The notes under the pieces were generated by a model, which worked only from the letters and a program-made list of their open reading frames with translations, did no database searches and was not told the origin of the DNA. Source: Chloropicon primus (Eukaryota). From it: a stretch of DNA of 64,000 nucleotides. How positions within the stretch are numbered: the stretch's first letter is position 1; each line of letters starts with the position of its first letter. A program made the position numbers and the translations under genes. Positions 33,701-44,254 of the stretch are shown here, one piece after another. Location of the stretch: contig CP060771.1 of NCBI GenBank assembly GCA_023205875.1, forward strand, positions 62,001-126,000. Reading direction: 5' to 3'.

Positions 33701-33797
33701 GCACCGCACCGAGAGGCGTCATCGTCCCTATCCTGTTCGAGCCCTTCCCTCCCAGCTTTTGGTTGCTCGAGTTCCTGTTTCTATTGCTGGACAACAT
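30783..33797 (-). CDS. BAT2/PRRC2 N-terminal-domain protein (MOS1-like), RGG/RG-rich and disordered
   Basis: SVPKPVNLPSMKKEHAGNDPTTQLV..GW and EYPSL motifs; REAFNAELEKV; RG repeats near the C-terminus. Confidence 0.75.
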   Translation of the reverse strand: MLSSNRNRNSSNQKLGGKGSNRIGTMTPLGAVPKEKKGSKVSVPKPVNLPSMKKEHAGNDPTTQLVGGGGGIHGWTKDSGSQGHSGSDAHAHHGGNGMLSSSSGGHMQSQQSILASGSTWATGGSAAGAPDGPVGAGQREEGPRPVAGGRGRGGARPIQMQIPSFGDRRLNPMEYPSLQSAQLGNLPKQPSTEDGEERWADDEREVMRMQYGGDRSDRDRGYYRDDRDHGHHHHHHHHGGHERNFHGGGQGEEREYLERGDRDDGIMGYPRERGGFPDGGYGGGMGRDRGGYGGHNQYPGDRGGYERSGGQRLGGPFREDRDHPYGSGQYRGEDRRGMPYRDREDQRGPGYPRQYRDDRRGYHEGRYGRQRNHGNYHEQGMGGHHRGGQRDGGHRYPMQDGMGGGGRFGGDGGYHYHPEGGERGGRERYGGDRGYQHHQHADRGYPGPGQDDGRGYGYHNQSSDRKGYDGGYEGDDYQPPQQRGDYYPRRGHDSDMMNERDNKNSARERQAPDVDTEREAFNAELEKVAAEQERERKRERMEKEKREGGTAAAPVKSSDPAGKAPAGQVHDNQDDDLGRDSREENAKPVANHQEPGKPGAPDSQSHPSQEEPVKTGASSGPRRDAYNDMQWSRNYPKEKGKHPRENKSNPKPAGQLDENEISPPGLLSGYHAREYDLFGGDYRGEQPQQRLRLTQVPRLLVRPQQAEKTDQTSKSQQQQQQQGDKDAKKSSKQLHGSRGDGPGKSSKKSLDERGGSTINKDMKRERRNKDKKERDVKGGRRERGERKKATASIAKQQQGNSQEQGPGKKDDPSTAVKETSDMSKQQQEDVPFSLPANLEEVVDAPSFAMPPLLSDLSLTSTPAPFGGFGQLGFSSFGQLGQVDWSVGKPAAGQANNAGPAKPWIDQQQQQQSDGGNSSDAQPQGSHDQGGSKSRENSNAHNKSGRGRRSKERERDGGGKPARGRGRGRGRGRGRGRGRHNSSGINNNTSNGSSQQKPFSAPSPA

Positions 33798-35301
33798 GGC
33801 GACGTTGTTGTTGTTGTTGTTGTTGTTGTTGTTGATGATGTCTGTGCGTCGATCTTCTCTTCCTTTCCACACCACAACACAATGGAACGTCCTTCTTCAA
33901 TCCCAAGGGGTGCAGACGCAAACCAAGCGTTACCGAAAAAGCTCAGTCGACGTAACGGCCGCTCGAAGAAGAAGAGCAGCAAAAAAAACCCGAGAAGAGA
34001 AACGTCTCCCTCTCAGCGTTCACGAGCGTCGTCGACGACGAGAGAGAGCAAAGAAGCAAGTTCCTCTTCCTCTTGGCGCCTGCAAGCGCGACGGGATAGG
34101 TGTCCGTCTCTCCGTCCCTCCGTGAGCCTCGGCGTGCGCACACCTTCCGTGGTTCTTCCACCCGGTGGGCGCACGCCAGACCTCTTGTCCGTCAACCTCC
34201 TTCCGAAGCCCTTCGCTTCCACACGATGCGATGCGATGCCGCTGATGCTTCAGTCGGTTGCTCTGGATGAGACTCTGGACTTTGGAAAAGAAAAAAAGTT
34301 GTGGAAGAGAAAGGTGCGGAGGTTGATGCTTGTTATGTTCTCGGTCCTCGTCGTCGTCGTCGTCGTCGTCGTCGTTGGCGCCGAGGACGATCGCGCTTGC
34401 TCTGCTCTTCGCCTTTGCTGCTGCGCGCGACGAAGAAGACGCCGGCTGAAACTTGAAATGTGAAGTAGAGAAATGTGAATTTTGGAAAAGTTGAACCCCC
34501 CAAAGAATTTTTTTTTATGATTGCGTTCATAAGAAGGATTTAGCACATGAGGCACACGACCCCCCCCCCCCCGGAGTTTGGAAATGTTGGCACGAGCGCA
34601 CGAACCGACGGAGAGGCGGCGCGAAAGCCGAAGCCAAAGGCCAAGGCCGGAGGAGGAGGATGGATCAGGGCGTGAGGGAACCAAGGGGGGAAAGGGAGGT
34701 GTAGAGGAAGAGAAAGATCTCCTCCTCCTTCGGGTTCCTCTAACCCCTCTGCTGGTCCTCCTCAAGAGCAGCCCTGCTCAGAGGGTTTCCTTAATCCAAA
34801 GTCCAAGGTGAGGGATGGATGCGATCTAGGCCCTGGAGGAGGAGGAGGAGAAGAAAGGGAAAGGGAAAGGAAAGAAAGAAATAGATCCGAAGAAGCCCGA
34901 ACGGGAGGAAAAAAAAACCCAAAAACCAAAACCTTTCCCGATGAGACACACCCCACTTCGCTCCCTCCCCTCTCCTCCCGTGGCGTCACTTTCCTCTTCA
35001 TGACGTTCTTTGTACAGAAAAATAATATTCTTTGAGTCACGTTAGTATTTTGGTCCAGGAGGACTAACGTCCCCGATCGTCCCGCTTCGGCTCATAGGTT
35101 TTTACCGAACAGAGTGGCAGTGGCGATCGTCGGTCGCGATCGTGGAGCGAGGGGTCGGTCCTGTCGAGCAAGCTCATTCAGGAAGCTCAGGGATCGATCG
35201 AACCGACACCGTCACCTCTTCCCCTTTCGATTGACACCTCCCTCGTGCCGAGAAACCTTGGATCGCCATCACAACACCGAGGCAGAGAGGCGGAGGAGAG
35301 G

Positions 35302-35892
35302 ATGGCTTCGACGATGCAGGTTTGGGAGACGTACGAAAGGATCGTGACCGAGACGATCGAGGAGGCTGGGAGGGCTCTCGAGGAGGAGGACGGGCAAGAC
35401 TATGCGTAAGTCACCAACACACACACACACACACACACAAACCAAACACACGCAAACCAAACACACGTTTCCTTCCTTCCTTGCTTCCTTCCTTGCTTCC
35501 TTCCTTGCTTCCTTCCTTCATTCGTTCCTCGCTGTTTCCTTCCGTCGACGGAAATCGAGGGTTCGGATCCTGGTTGCCGTCCGCCTTTTGCTTCTTTCTG
35601 ACGCTTCCTCTCCTCTTTTTCGTTCGTCTTGTCCTCCTCCTTCTTCTTCTCCTTCGTTCATGTTGTTGACGATGATGATGACGATGACGATGACGATGAT
35701 TGAAACTTTCTGATGACTTGGCTCCCGAACTCGTGCAGACTGGTGATGAAGGAGCTTCGAAGGGAGTGGGAGCTGAAGCTGATAGGGAGCGGAGCCCTGG
35801 AACTTGGCGTAGAAGTGGATCCAAGCTCCCAAAAGTAAGTGCTTTGTGTCGAAGGCTTGGTCCTCCCCGACAACGCGCCCGTGGTGCGTTGG

Positions 35893-35926
<34 letters not shown>

Positions 35927-36470
35927 CTCACACTCGTTCTCTGTCTCTCTGTCTCTCTGTCTCTCTGTCTTTGTCTTTCGCTTCGCTGTGTCGTGTGTCA
36001 GGGTGCCTCTGGGGAAGGGAGGGGACCCGGCGGTGAAGCGCGAGGCTGCTCAAGCAAGCGGCTCGGTGAAGGAGGAGGACAAGGGCAAGGACAAGGACAA
36101 GGGCAAGGGCAGCAACAAGAGGGGAAAGGAGGAGGATCATATCGAGCAAAGGCCCCAGAAAAGGACGAAAACGGAGGGCGGGGACGGCCAGGCCGCGTCC
36201 ACCTCAACCGCGGTGGTCTCGAGAGCAAATCAGGCGTTGACGGAAAAGAACGTGGCCGACATAGACTTGGCCGATCTGGACGACGAGCTCGACGAGTTGA
36301 TGGGTGGAGAGGGGGACCCCCTCGTGAGCACCAAGGACGTGGTTCTGGCGCAGGTGGAGAAGAAGTTCAAGTCGAAGAACAAGTACAGGTTCGTCTTCAA
36401 ATCAGGGATAATGCAGATCAACGGCCTGGAGTACGTGTTCGAGAAAGGAAACGGAGACTTCAAGTGGTGA
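35302..36470 (+). CDS. TFIIA-L: Transcription initiation factor IIA large (alpha/beta) subunit; exons 35302-35405, 35739-35834, 36002-36470
   Basis: YERIVTETI..ELRREWELKL N-terminal helices; acidic linker; DVVLAQVEKKFKSKNKYRFVFKSGIMQINGLEYVFEKGNGDFKW. Confidence 0.88.
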
Positions 36471-36650
36471 GAGGTGTGAGACCACCACCTCCTCTCCCCC
36501 GTTGTGTAAACTATCTGTAATGTTATTTCGTTTCGAACGAGACAGCATACATGCGCAACCCCTTCGTTTTGTGTTTTTTTCCTGTTTGTTATTTTACAAT
36601 TGCGTGGCGCTCGGCGCCGCCGCCGCCACCGTCGTCGTCGTGGTATTTAT

Positions 36651-38201
36651 TTACTTGAAGGTCGTGTTTTGTGGGATGAACATGACGTTGTCCCACGTCG
36701 CGTCATCCTTCTCGTAAAGCATTCTGAACAGGACGTCCTCGAATGATCCGACCTGGATCGAAGGCAACTTTGGCTTCTCCATGTTCAGCTGCTGCTGCTT
36801 CTTCTCGAGCTTCTGGATGTGGTTCTTGGCCTTCTGATCATCTTCCTTCCAGATCTTGTTGTAGAGGAAAGGAAAAGGAGTCTTCGCCACCTCTTCGACC
36901 CTCTCCTTTTGCCTCGTGAACCACTGCCTCTTGTACGCCACCGCAGGAGTCACCGGGCTCTTGCCGAAAGCTTGCTGCAGGGCGTAATCAAGCTCCTCCC
37001 TGCCGAAAAACAGGGGGATCATCGTCTTGTCCCCGTTCCTTATGGTGAGGCCCTCCGCCTGAAACACCGGAACCCCGGGAAGTGCCTTGAGCGGGTTCCC
37101 CGTTTCCTTGAAAGTCGAGAAGGCGTGCTCGACCTGCTTCCTGTCGGGCATCAGCCTCAAAGCCACGTTCTCTAACTCCTTGGGCCTCGCTTGCATGTGA
37201 AGCTTGAAGACCTTGTCCATGAAGAGGGTGCCTGCGCGCCCACCACCGCCGAGGGGAAAGGGGAAAAACCAAACAATCGTTCGGGTCAGTTTCCTGGTCA
37301 GCTCGTGGGTCAGAAACGAAAGGGCTCCATGCGTGCGTCCAATTCTCACCTATGATGGGCTTCAGCATGGACTGCTTGTCCACCACAGTCTCCTTGAAGT
37401 TTTTCGCATCGTTCGCCGACATGAAGAGCATGAGCATGCTCTTAGGCGTCACGTCCTTGGGGGTGTGCTCCTCTTGAAGCAGAACAAAGTTGTCGTTGCT
37501 TGTCACGGTATACACGGGCACGTCCTGGTCGCGGTTTGAAATCAAGAGAAGGAACCGAAGAAGGAACCAAAGAAGTCAGAAGCCCGTCCGTCCGTCCACT
37601 CTTCTCTCTCTCTCTCTCTCAAGGGCGAGTGGTCTGTGGGGGCCAGCTGGGTTGAACTCGCTTTCAAAGTAAGTACCTTGAGCCTCCTCGCTATGGTGTC
37701 CCCCGCCGGAATGCTGGCCAAGGCCTCATCACCAGGTTTTGTGTCCTCACTCCTTGCGTCCCGCCCCTTGGGAGAGGATCCTCCTCCCGCCAACTGCTGC
37801 TGCACGTTCTGAGACACACTCGCTAGCCTGCGGCTCAGCATCCTCACTCGGTTCGCCACAAGCCTGTTCGCGTTCAACCAAATCGGCTCCCTCCTCCTGA
37901 CAAGAACCGGAACCCTTGTCCTCAATTTTCCCTCCCCCTTGCTGCCCTTCACCTCGATGCTCTCCGCGTACTCGAACTTGTTCCCTTTGCCCAACACTCT
38001 GCTCGGCCTTCTCGAGGATGGCCATGGCCTTGTTGGCCTCCTGCCGACCTCTCTCGAGTACGAAGCCGATTGGGGTACCGTCGTGATTGTCGTGGAGTGA
38101 GCTCCATGACTTCCGCTCCGCCTCCCCTTCCTTTCGCCTTCCCCCTCCTCATGCTGGACACCTCTCAGTCCGCGCAGCACGTTGCTCACCAGCGACGCCA
38201 T
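36651..38201 (-). CDS. TIC22: Tic22-like plastid intermembrane-space import chaperone (3 exons, transit-peptide-like N-terminus)
   Basis: RRLK|DVPVYTVT, MLFMS..DA..F, MDKVFKL, RLMPDRKQVEHA, GVPVFQAEGLTI, PLFFGREELD, IQVGSFEDVL. Confidence 0.85.
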
Positions 38202-38491
38202 CCTCTTCAAAAAGTTCTTATCTTCAATCTTCAGGAGGAGGGGGTGGTGGTGATGGATGTCGAGGGGAAGGAGGAAGGGAGGCAGGAGGAGGGAGGCACG
38301 CCATGAACAAGCGCACGCATTGTCCCTAAACCTTCCTCGTTCCAATGAGCCCTCACTTGATCAACGGAGAAGAATGAGGAGGACCAAGCTTGCTTTTGCT
38401 TGTGGATCAAAGAATAAGGTTGTATTATATCGGGGCCGTTTGAGTCGCCCGTTTTATTTATTTCAGTCAGGCACTTCTTCTTCTTCTTCTT

Positions 38492-39502
38492 CTAAATGCC
38501 AAAGATGTACTCGTTGACTTTGGTCCAGAAGGTGTTCACCGGCTGGGGCATCGAGTCGAAACCGCCGGCAAACTTGCTGGCGTGCTGGTTGCCGCCGGCT
38601 GGTCCGCCGTGGAAGGGCGAGGAGGCGGCCCCGGGCGTCCAAGAGCCGCCGGATCCAGCGCCCATCTGGCCACCGAAGCTCCCATTGGCCCCCCCTTGGG
38701 TCTGCTGCTGCAGCGAGCTGCAGTGCTGCTGGCTGATCGGCGTGATCCCAATCATCAGGTTCTTCGAGATCTGTTTGCCGTTCTTCCCCAAAGCCTTTTG
38801 CGCCTCGCCCTTGGTCTGGAACTGTATGTGCATGAAGTTCGCCTTCTCGGTGCCTCCGTTTCTGCAGCTTATGATGTCACCACACTCCTGCAATTCTCTC
38901 AGGATGAGGTCTCTGTCGGATTGCTGAAAGCCGTACACCGTGACCCACCTGCTCCGAAAGCTGCTGCTGTCGGTGGCGGAGTCCTGATCCGTCTGACCGG
39001 AACCGAAGGCGTACTCGTTCGCCAGCATCGGATTCCGGCGAGGGGTTCCTCCGTCATTCCCGGACGCTCTGCCCTGGAACTTGGACCCACCCCTCCCTTC
39101 GCCGCCCAGTGTGTCTGCCGCCGCTAGACCGCCACTCGGCCTCAGGCCAGAACTTCCTTCTCTCAAGGACATCACTGGAGGTGGAGCCGTGTTTCCGCTA
39201 CCGTACAGCTGCCTCGGCGCCACGCTCCTCTCCTCTGGCCTCTCGTTCACTCCACCATACGAACTGCTCACCGTGTGAGGCGACTTTACCTTGGTCATCG
39301 CCGAGTCAGGCACAACTCCCAGCCCCGGCGTCCTCGAACTCGAGTTCCTGTAGTTGCTCGTGTTGCTCAAAGGCGAGAAGATGATGGGACTGCTGGGCGA
39401 CCGCAAACCTGAAGGCGTGTAGTTCGATCCCGCGCTCAATGGCGTCGACGCCGCCGCTGGAGTGCGGTACAATACCGTCGGTAACCTCTCACTATTCGCC
39501 AT
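38492..39502 (-). CDS. NUP35: Nucleoporin Nup35/Nup53 (MPPN RRM)
   Basis: WVTVYGF..LILRELQECGDI, NFMHIQFQTKGEAQKALGKNG, MIGI; amphipathic C-terminus FWTKVNEYIFGI. Confidence 0.9.
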   Translation of the reverse strand: MANSERLPTVLYRTPAAASTPLSAGSNYTPSGLRSPSSPIIFSPLSNTSNYRNSSSRTPGLGVVPDSAMTKVKSPHTVSSSYGGVNERPEERSVAPRQLYGSGNTAPPPVMSLREGSSGLRPSGGLAAADTLGGEGRGGSKFQGRASGNDGGTPRRNPMLANEYAFGSGQTDQDSATDSSSFRSRWVTVYGFQQSDRDLILRELQECGDIISCRNGGTEKANFMHIQFQTKGEAQKALGKNGKQISKNLMIGITPISQQHCSSLQQQTQGGANGSFGGQMGAGSGGSWTPGAASSPFHGGPAGGNQHASKFAGGFDSMPQPVNTFWTKVNEYIFGI

Positions 39503-40321
39503 TGCCGATCCAAAGCCAATCCAAAATCAATCCTGCAAGCAAAAAAAAAATCCCTGCACTTTCAGTCGTTCGACATCCTCAGCACTTTGCCATTCCTTTC
39601 AACCAAGGGCGCGTTACAAAGATCAAGACGTAACGGTTCCGCGACTCCGCTCTCCTCCGTCGCCGAAGCTTCGTCCGTCCCTCACTCACCTGCGAAGAGT
39701 TTGGCATCCATGGAAAACCAAACCAAAAAAAAAAAAAGTGAATTTAGTTCCTCTCCTGTGTCATCACTGGGTCGTTCCTTTCGAGCGACGGCTCTTTCGA
39801 AAGAGTGAGACGAGATGGTTTCATTGGTTCTGCCTCCTCCCTCCCTCGCCGCCTCACCTCCCTCCCTCCTCGCGGAGACGACTGACTCACCTCGACGGCT
39901 CTTCCTCTTCGCCCCCTCAACGATCAATTGGCAATCGCGATCGATCGATCAGGCGATCGATCAGGCGATCGAAGGGCGCGGGCGCGAAGGACCCTTTGGG
40001 CGTCGGTGAGGGAGAGGAGGAGGGGAGAAGGGGAGGGGAGTGTGGGATCAATCGACGGATCTTCTCTTTCTCTTTCGTTCGATACCTTGGTTGACTCTTT
40101 TGGCGCAGGGAAAGCCTCGAACGGACCCAGAGGAGGCGATCAAGGGCAGAGGGAGCGAGAGAGAGAGGAGCACAACTTTGGGTGGAATTTGTTGCGTCGG
40201 GGAGGGAAGAAGGGGGAGGGACGGGGTCGGATAACTGTACTACATCTCGCGATCTTTCGATTGGTACCTTAGTTGGCTCTTTTGGCCGTCGGAATCGTCG
40301 TCAACAGGAGGTGGAGGGACC

Positions 40322-43300
40322 ATGGAGGAGTCCAGGAGGCATCACGGGAGGTTGTGGGCGTGCGGGAGCAACAGCTCCGGCCAGTGCGGCATAGGTGAGT
40401 CAAGCCAAGAACATCATCAGCGTCACATCGTGTTGGATCAGGTGGAGCAAGGTGCTCGTGGGATTCCGCCAAGGCCACGTCCTCCTTCAGGCGAGGCCAG
40501 AGACAGAGACCCAACACGTGGCTGGCAAGAGAGGGGGTTCATTTCGTTTCGGGGGTTCGATCTCTCGGGGGTTGCTGACAGCATCGCTCGCTTGCTTTTG
40601 TTTTGCTTTCATTCGTTTGTTCGTTCGTGGTTGGGTTGGTTTTTCGATCTCAGAATCCATAGAGGAGATCGTCCGGTCGCCGACGCAGCCGGATTCGGTG
40701 GTGAGGTGGTCGGAAGTGGCGCTGGGCGACTCGCACGCTTGCGGCATAACAGAAGATGGTTCGGTGTACACCTGGGGTTTGAACGATAGAGGGCAGTGCG
40801 CCAAGAACATGGCACGGAACAAGGACGAGGACAAGTGCCTTCTCCGGCCGACGAGGGTGTCTTCCCTCGACAGCTTCCAGCCTTCGACGAGCGTGTCGTG
40901 TGGTTTCGAGCACTCGTGCTGTGTTATTGACGGTGGCATCGTTGCGTGGGGAAGCAACGAGTATGGCCAGTGCGGCACGAGCGCGGGGCACGACACGGGC
41001 AGCAATGGGGCAGTGCAGGGCGGCCAACCCAAGGGGGATGGTTCGTCCAAGTCTGTCACTGATTTCTCCAGTCCCATCACGGAGATCTCGTTCTGGAAAC
41101 CGAGGCCGGTGCGGTCACTCAGGGGCGTCAAGGTCGTGTCGGTCGTGTGCGGCCACCACCACACCCTGTGCCTCACCTTCCAAGGGTCGGTATTCGCCTG
41201 GGGCTCGAACAGCTCGGGTCAGCTCGGGCTGGGGGACACAATCAACAGGCCCCAGCCCGAAATGATCGAGTCGCTCTGGGCGACCCCAGTCATTAGTCTG
41301 GCGGCCGGGAGCAGCCACACCTTGGCTCTGACGAGACAGAAGATGGTGCTGAGCTGGGGGCGGGCCAAGTACGGGCAGCTGGGATTGCTCCTGCAGCAGG
41401 ATTCGGAGAGGGAAGACCAGTCCCTGAAGCAGACCCACTCCACTAGATTCTCTTGCGTCAGCCCGACCCTGAAGAGACAGAAGTCAAACCACTTTGGCAT
41501 GAGAGTGAATCAGTCCCAACTCTCTTCGCTTAGAGAGATGGGGATCGAGGAGGAGCAAGCAATCGATGCTCTGATCGCGACTAACAACCAGGGGGTTGAG
41601 CTCGCGATCGAGTGGGTTTTCTCACAGCAAGCCACGCAGGCCACTCCTCAGAGGGACAAAAAGCCTGTGACACCGGAAGGCTCCCCCGCTGGGCGGGCGA
41701 AGGAGGATGAGATTCAAGTGCAAGAGGAGGATGTCCTGACACCCAGGCGGGTGAATGGCATCAGCAACGTCGTGAGCGTCGACTGCGGGACCAACCACAG
41801 CGTGATTTGCACGGAGGGTGGCGTTTTCAGCTTTGGTTACAACAGGATGGGGCAGCTCGGACTGAATTGCAGGGAGAACGTGCACCTTCCAAGAATGATC
41901 GAAGGGTTGGAGGGGAAGCAGATCGTCAAGGTCTCCTGCGGAACGAGTCACACGATTTTCCTCAGCAAGACCGGGGCGGTCTATGGCTGCGGCACCGCGG
42001 ACGAGGGTCAGCTAGGGCAAAGCATCCAAGGGACGGCGATTGTTCCTGAGAAGCTCGACTTCAAGTACGACGAGGGGTCCGTCGCCGACATTATTGCTGG
42101 AGGATACACCACGATCTTTCTCCAGAAGAGCAAGAGCTTGGGTTTCCGCCACGACAGTATCAAGGATAGCCTCAGCGAGGCCCTCCAGAAGTTCCTACAG
42201 GACGGCGGCTCGACCAAGAAGTTGATCTCTCTAGTGGAAAGCATCTTTGCTTCCCCAGAGTTGATGAACGTTGTGTTCGGGAGGGAGGAGGGCTTCGGGA
42301 TGGACGTGGAGGAGCTGGAAAAGGTGTACAAGCTGATCTTGAAGTGCGGGATCATGAACCAGGACATCATCGCCGCCTTCCATGCTGCGACGAATTCGCT
42401 CATCCGTGACCTGGGCAACAATTCTAACTTGCTGAACTCGCCGGAGTCAATCCAGGTTCTATTGGCAGTCTTCCAGAACCCCCTCCTGAGCCAGAGCAAG
42501 ATGGCGTACAATATGATGCCCAAAATTTGCAAGGTGGTCATGGATTGCATCAGTATCAGCCACCAGCTCCTGACAAATTGGTGGTCAGATTATCCCGCAA
42601 ACATTTTGGGCGGGCGAATAGTCAGGCCTTTCCAGGATTATATCTCAACCACGCTCGACAGGGAGCACGGGAACGTGTCCCCGTCCCTGATTTGCACGCT
42701 GAATGTCCTTGCCCTTGTGGAAGAGAGCAACCAAAGGAAGAGCACCCTTCCGATGGAGGAGTTCTACAACCCGCTCATTAGCGAGAAATTCGATGTGCTG
42801 CAGCACTACATCGTGTGGAGGCAAAACGCATCTGCTGGCGTGCGGGGCTTCAGCTTTTGCAACTTCCCTTTCCTTTTGAATAACTCCGCGAAGAGCAATT
42901 TGCTGCAGACTGAGGCCAAGCTTACGATGGCCGAGATGGTTCAAAAGTCGAGAATGGAGAACATGTTCGGGGGGATTTTCCAGTTGGGGGACCAAGGAGC
43001 GGTGGCGCCTTGCAGGAAGGGAGGAGCCAATAGATCGCACGCGAGCGAAGGTCCATCTCAGGGGGCCTCGGGAAGCAACGCGGGTGCCAGCGACGAAAGC
43101 GCGATGCCCACTCCCGAGTCCTGTGGGATTGATCCCAACCACTCGGACGCGTGCATCCTCAGAATTCGCAGGACCCACATCATGCAGGATGCCTTGGAGG
43201 AGATTGGACGGCAAAATGAGCACGACCTACACAAACCTCTCAAGGTGAACTTCATTGGCGAGGAGGGCGTTGATGCTGGAGGCGTGAAGAAAGAATTCTT

Positions 43301-44204
43301 CCAGCTCCTGTGCGAGATTGTGATGCAGCCAGACTATGACCTCTTCGTCTACCACGACGAGTCACGGACGGTGTGGTTCAACGGGGCTAGTCTGGAATCT
43401 GAGGCGGACTTCATGCTGATCGGCCTCGTGTTCGGGCTGGCGATTTACAACTCTGTGATTCTTGATGTTCACTTTCCACTCTGCCTGTACAAGAAGCTCC
43501 TTGGACAGAGCGTGGGCATCAAGGACTTGGGGCAAATGCAGCCAGAGGTTGCCCGAAGCTTGAAGAAGCTGCTGGATTGGGAGGGCCCAGGTTCTGTCGA
43601 GGATGTGTTCTGTGCCACATTCACCATAGATCACCAAGCCTTTGGGGAGGTGCAGACGTACGAACTCATGCCAGGGGGCGCGGACATTGCGGTCACAGAG
43701 GAGAACAGGCACAAGTATGTTGATCTCTACGTCGACTTTTTGCTGAACGAGTCCATCCGGACGCAGTTTAACGCCTTCAAGAGAGGGTTCCTGCTGCTGT
43801 GTGACGGGCCCGTGCTGCGCCTTTTCAGGCCCCAGGAGTTGGAAGTGCTGGTGACAGGAACGCCTCACCTGGACTTCAAAGCCCTGGAAGAGAACTCGAG
43901 GTACGAGGGAAACTACACAAAGGATTCACAAGTGGTCAAATGGCTCTGGCAGGTGGTCAGCGAGTTCAGTCTCGAGGAGAAGCAAAAGTTTTTGAAATTT
44001 TTCTCGGGGAGCGACAGGTCGCCCATTGGGGGGTTGAGCAAACTTAGATTCTTGGTCCAGCGCGCGGGACCCGACACGAATAGGCTCCCCACCAGCCACA
44101 CCTGTTTCAATACTCTCCTCCTCCCCGAATATGGTAGCAGAGGAAAGCTCAGGGCACTCCTTAAGACGGCCATCGAGAATGCAGCCGGTTTTGGGCTCGA
44201 ATAA
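40322..44204 (+). CDS. HERC-type E3 ubiquitin ligase (RCC1 repeats + UBA + HECT); exons 40322-40394, 40654-44204
   Basis: RCC1 repeats (WGSNSSGQLGLG), FSFCNFPFLL, LKVNFIGEEGVDAGGVKKEFFQL, RLPTSHTCFNTLLLPEY catalytic Cys. Confidence 0.93.
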
Positions 44205-44254
44205 ATTGTAACAGCCTGAATATATGTTATTATGCTATTATAATGATACAAAGG

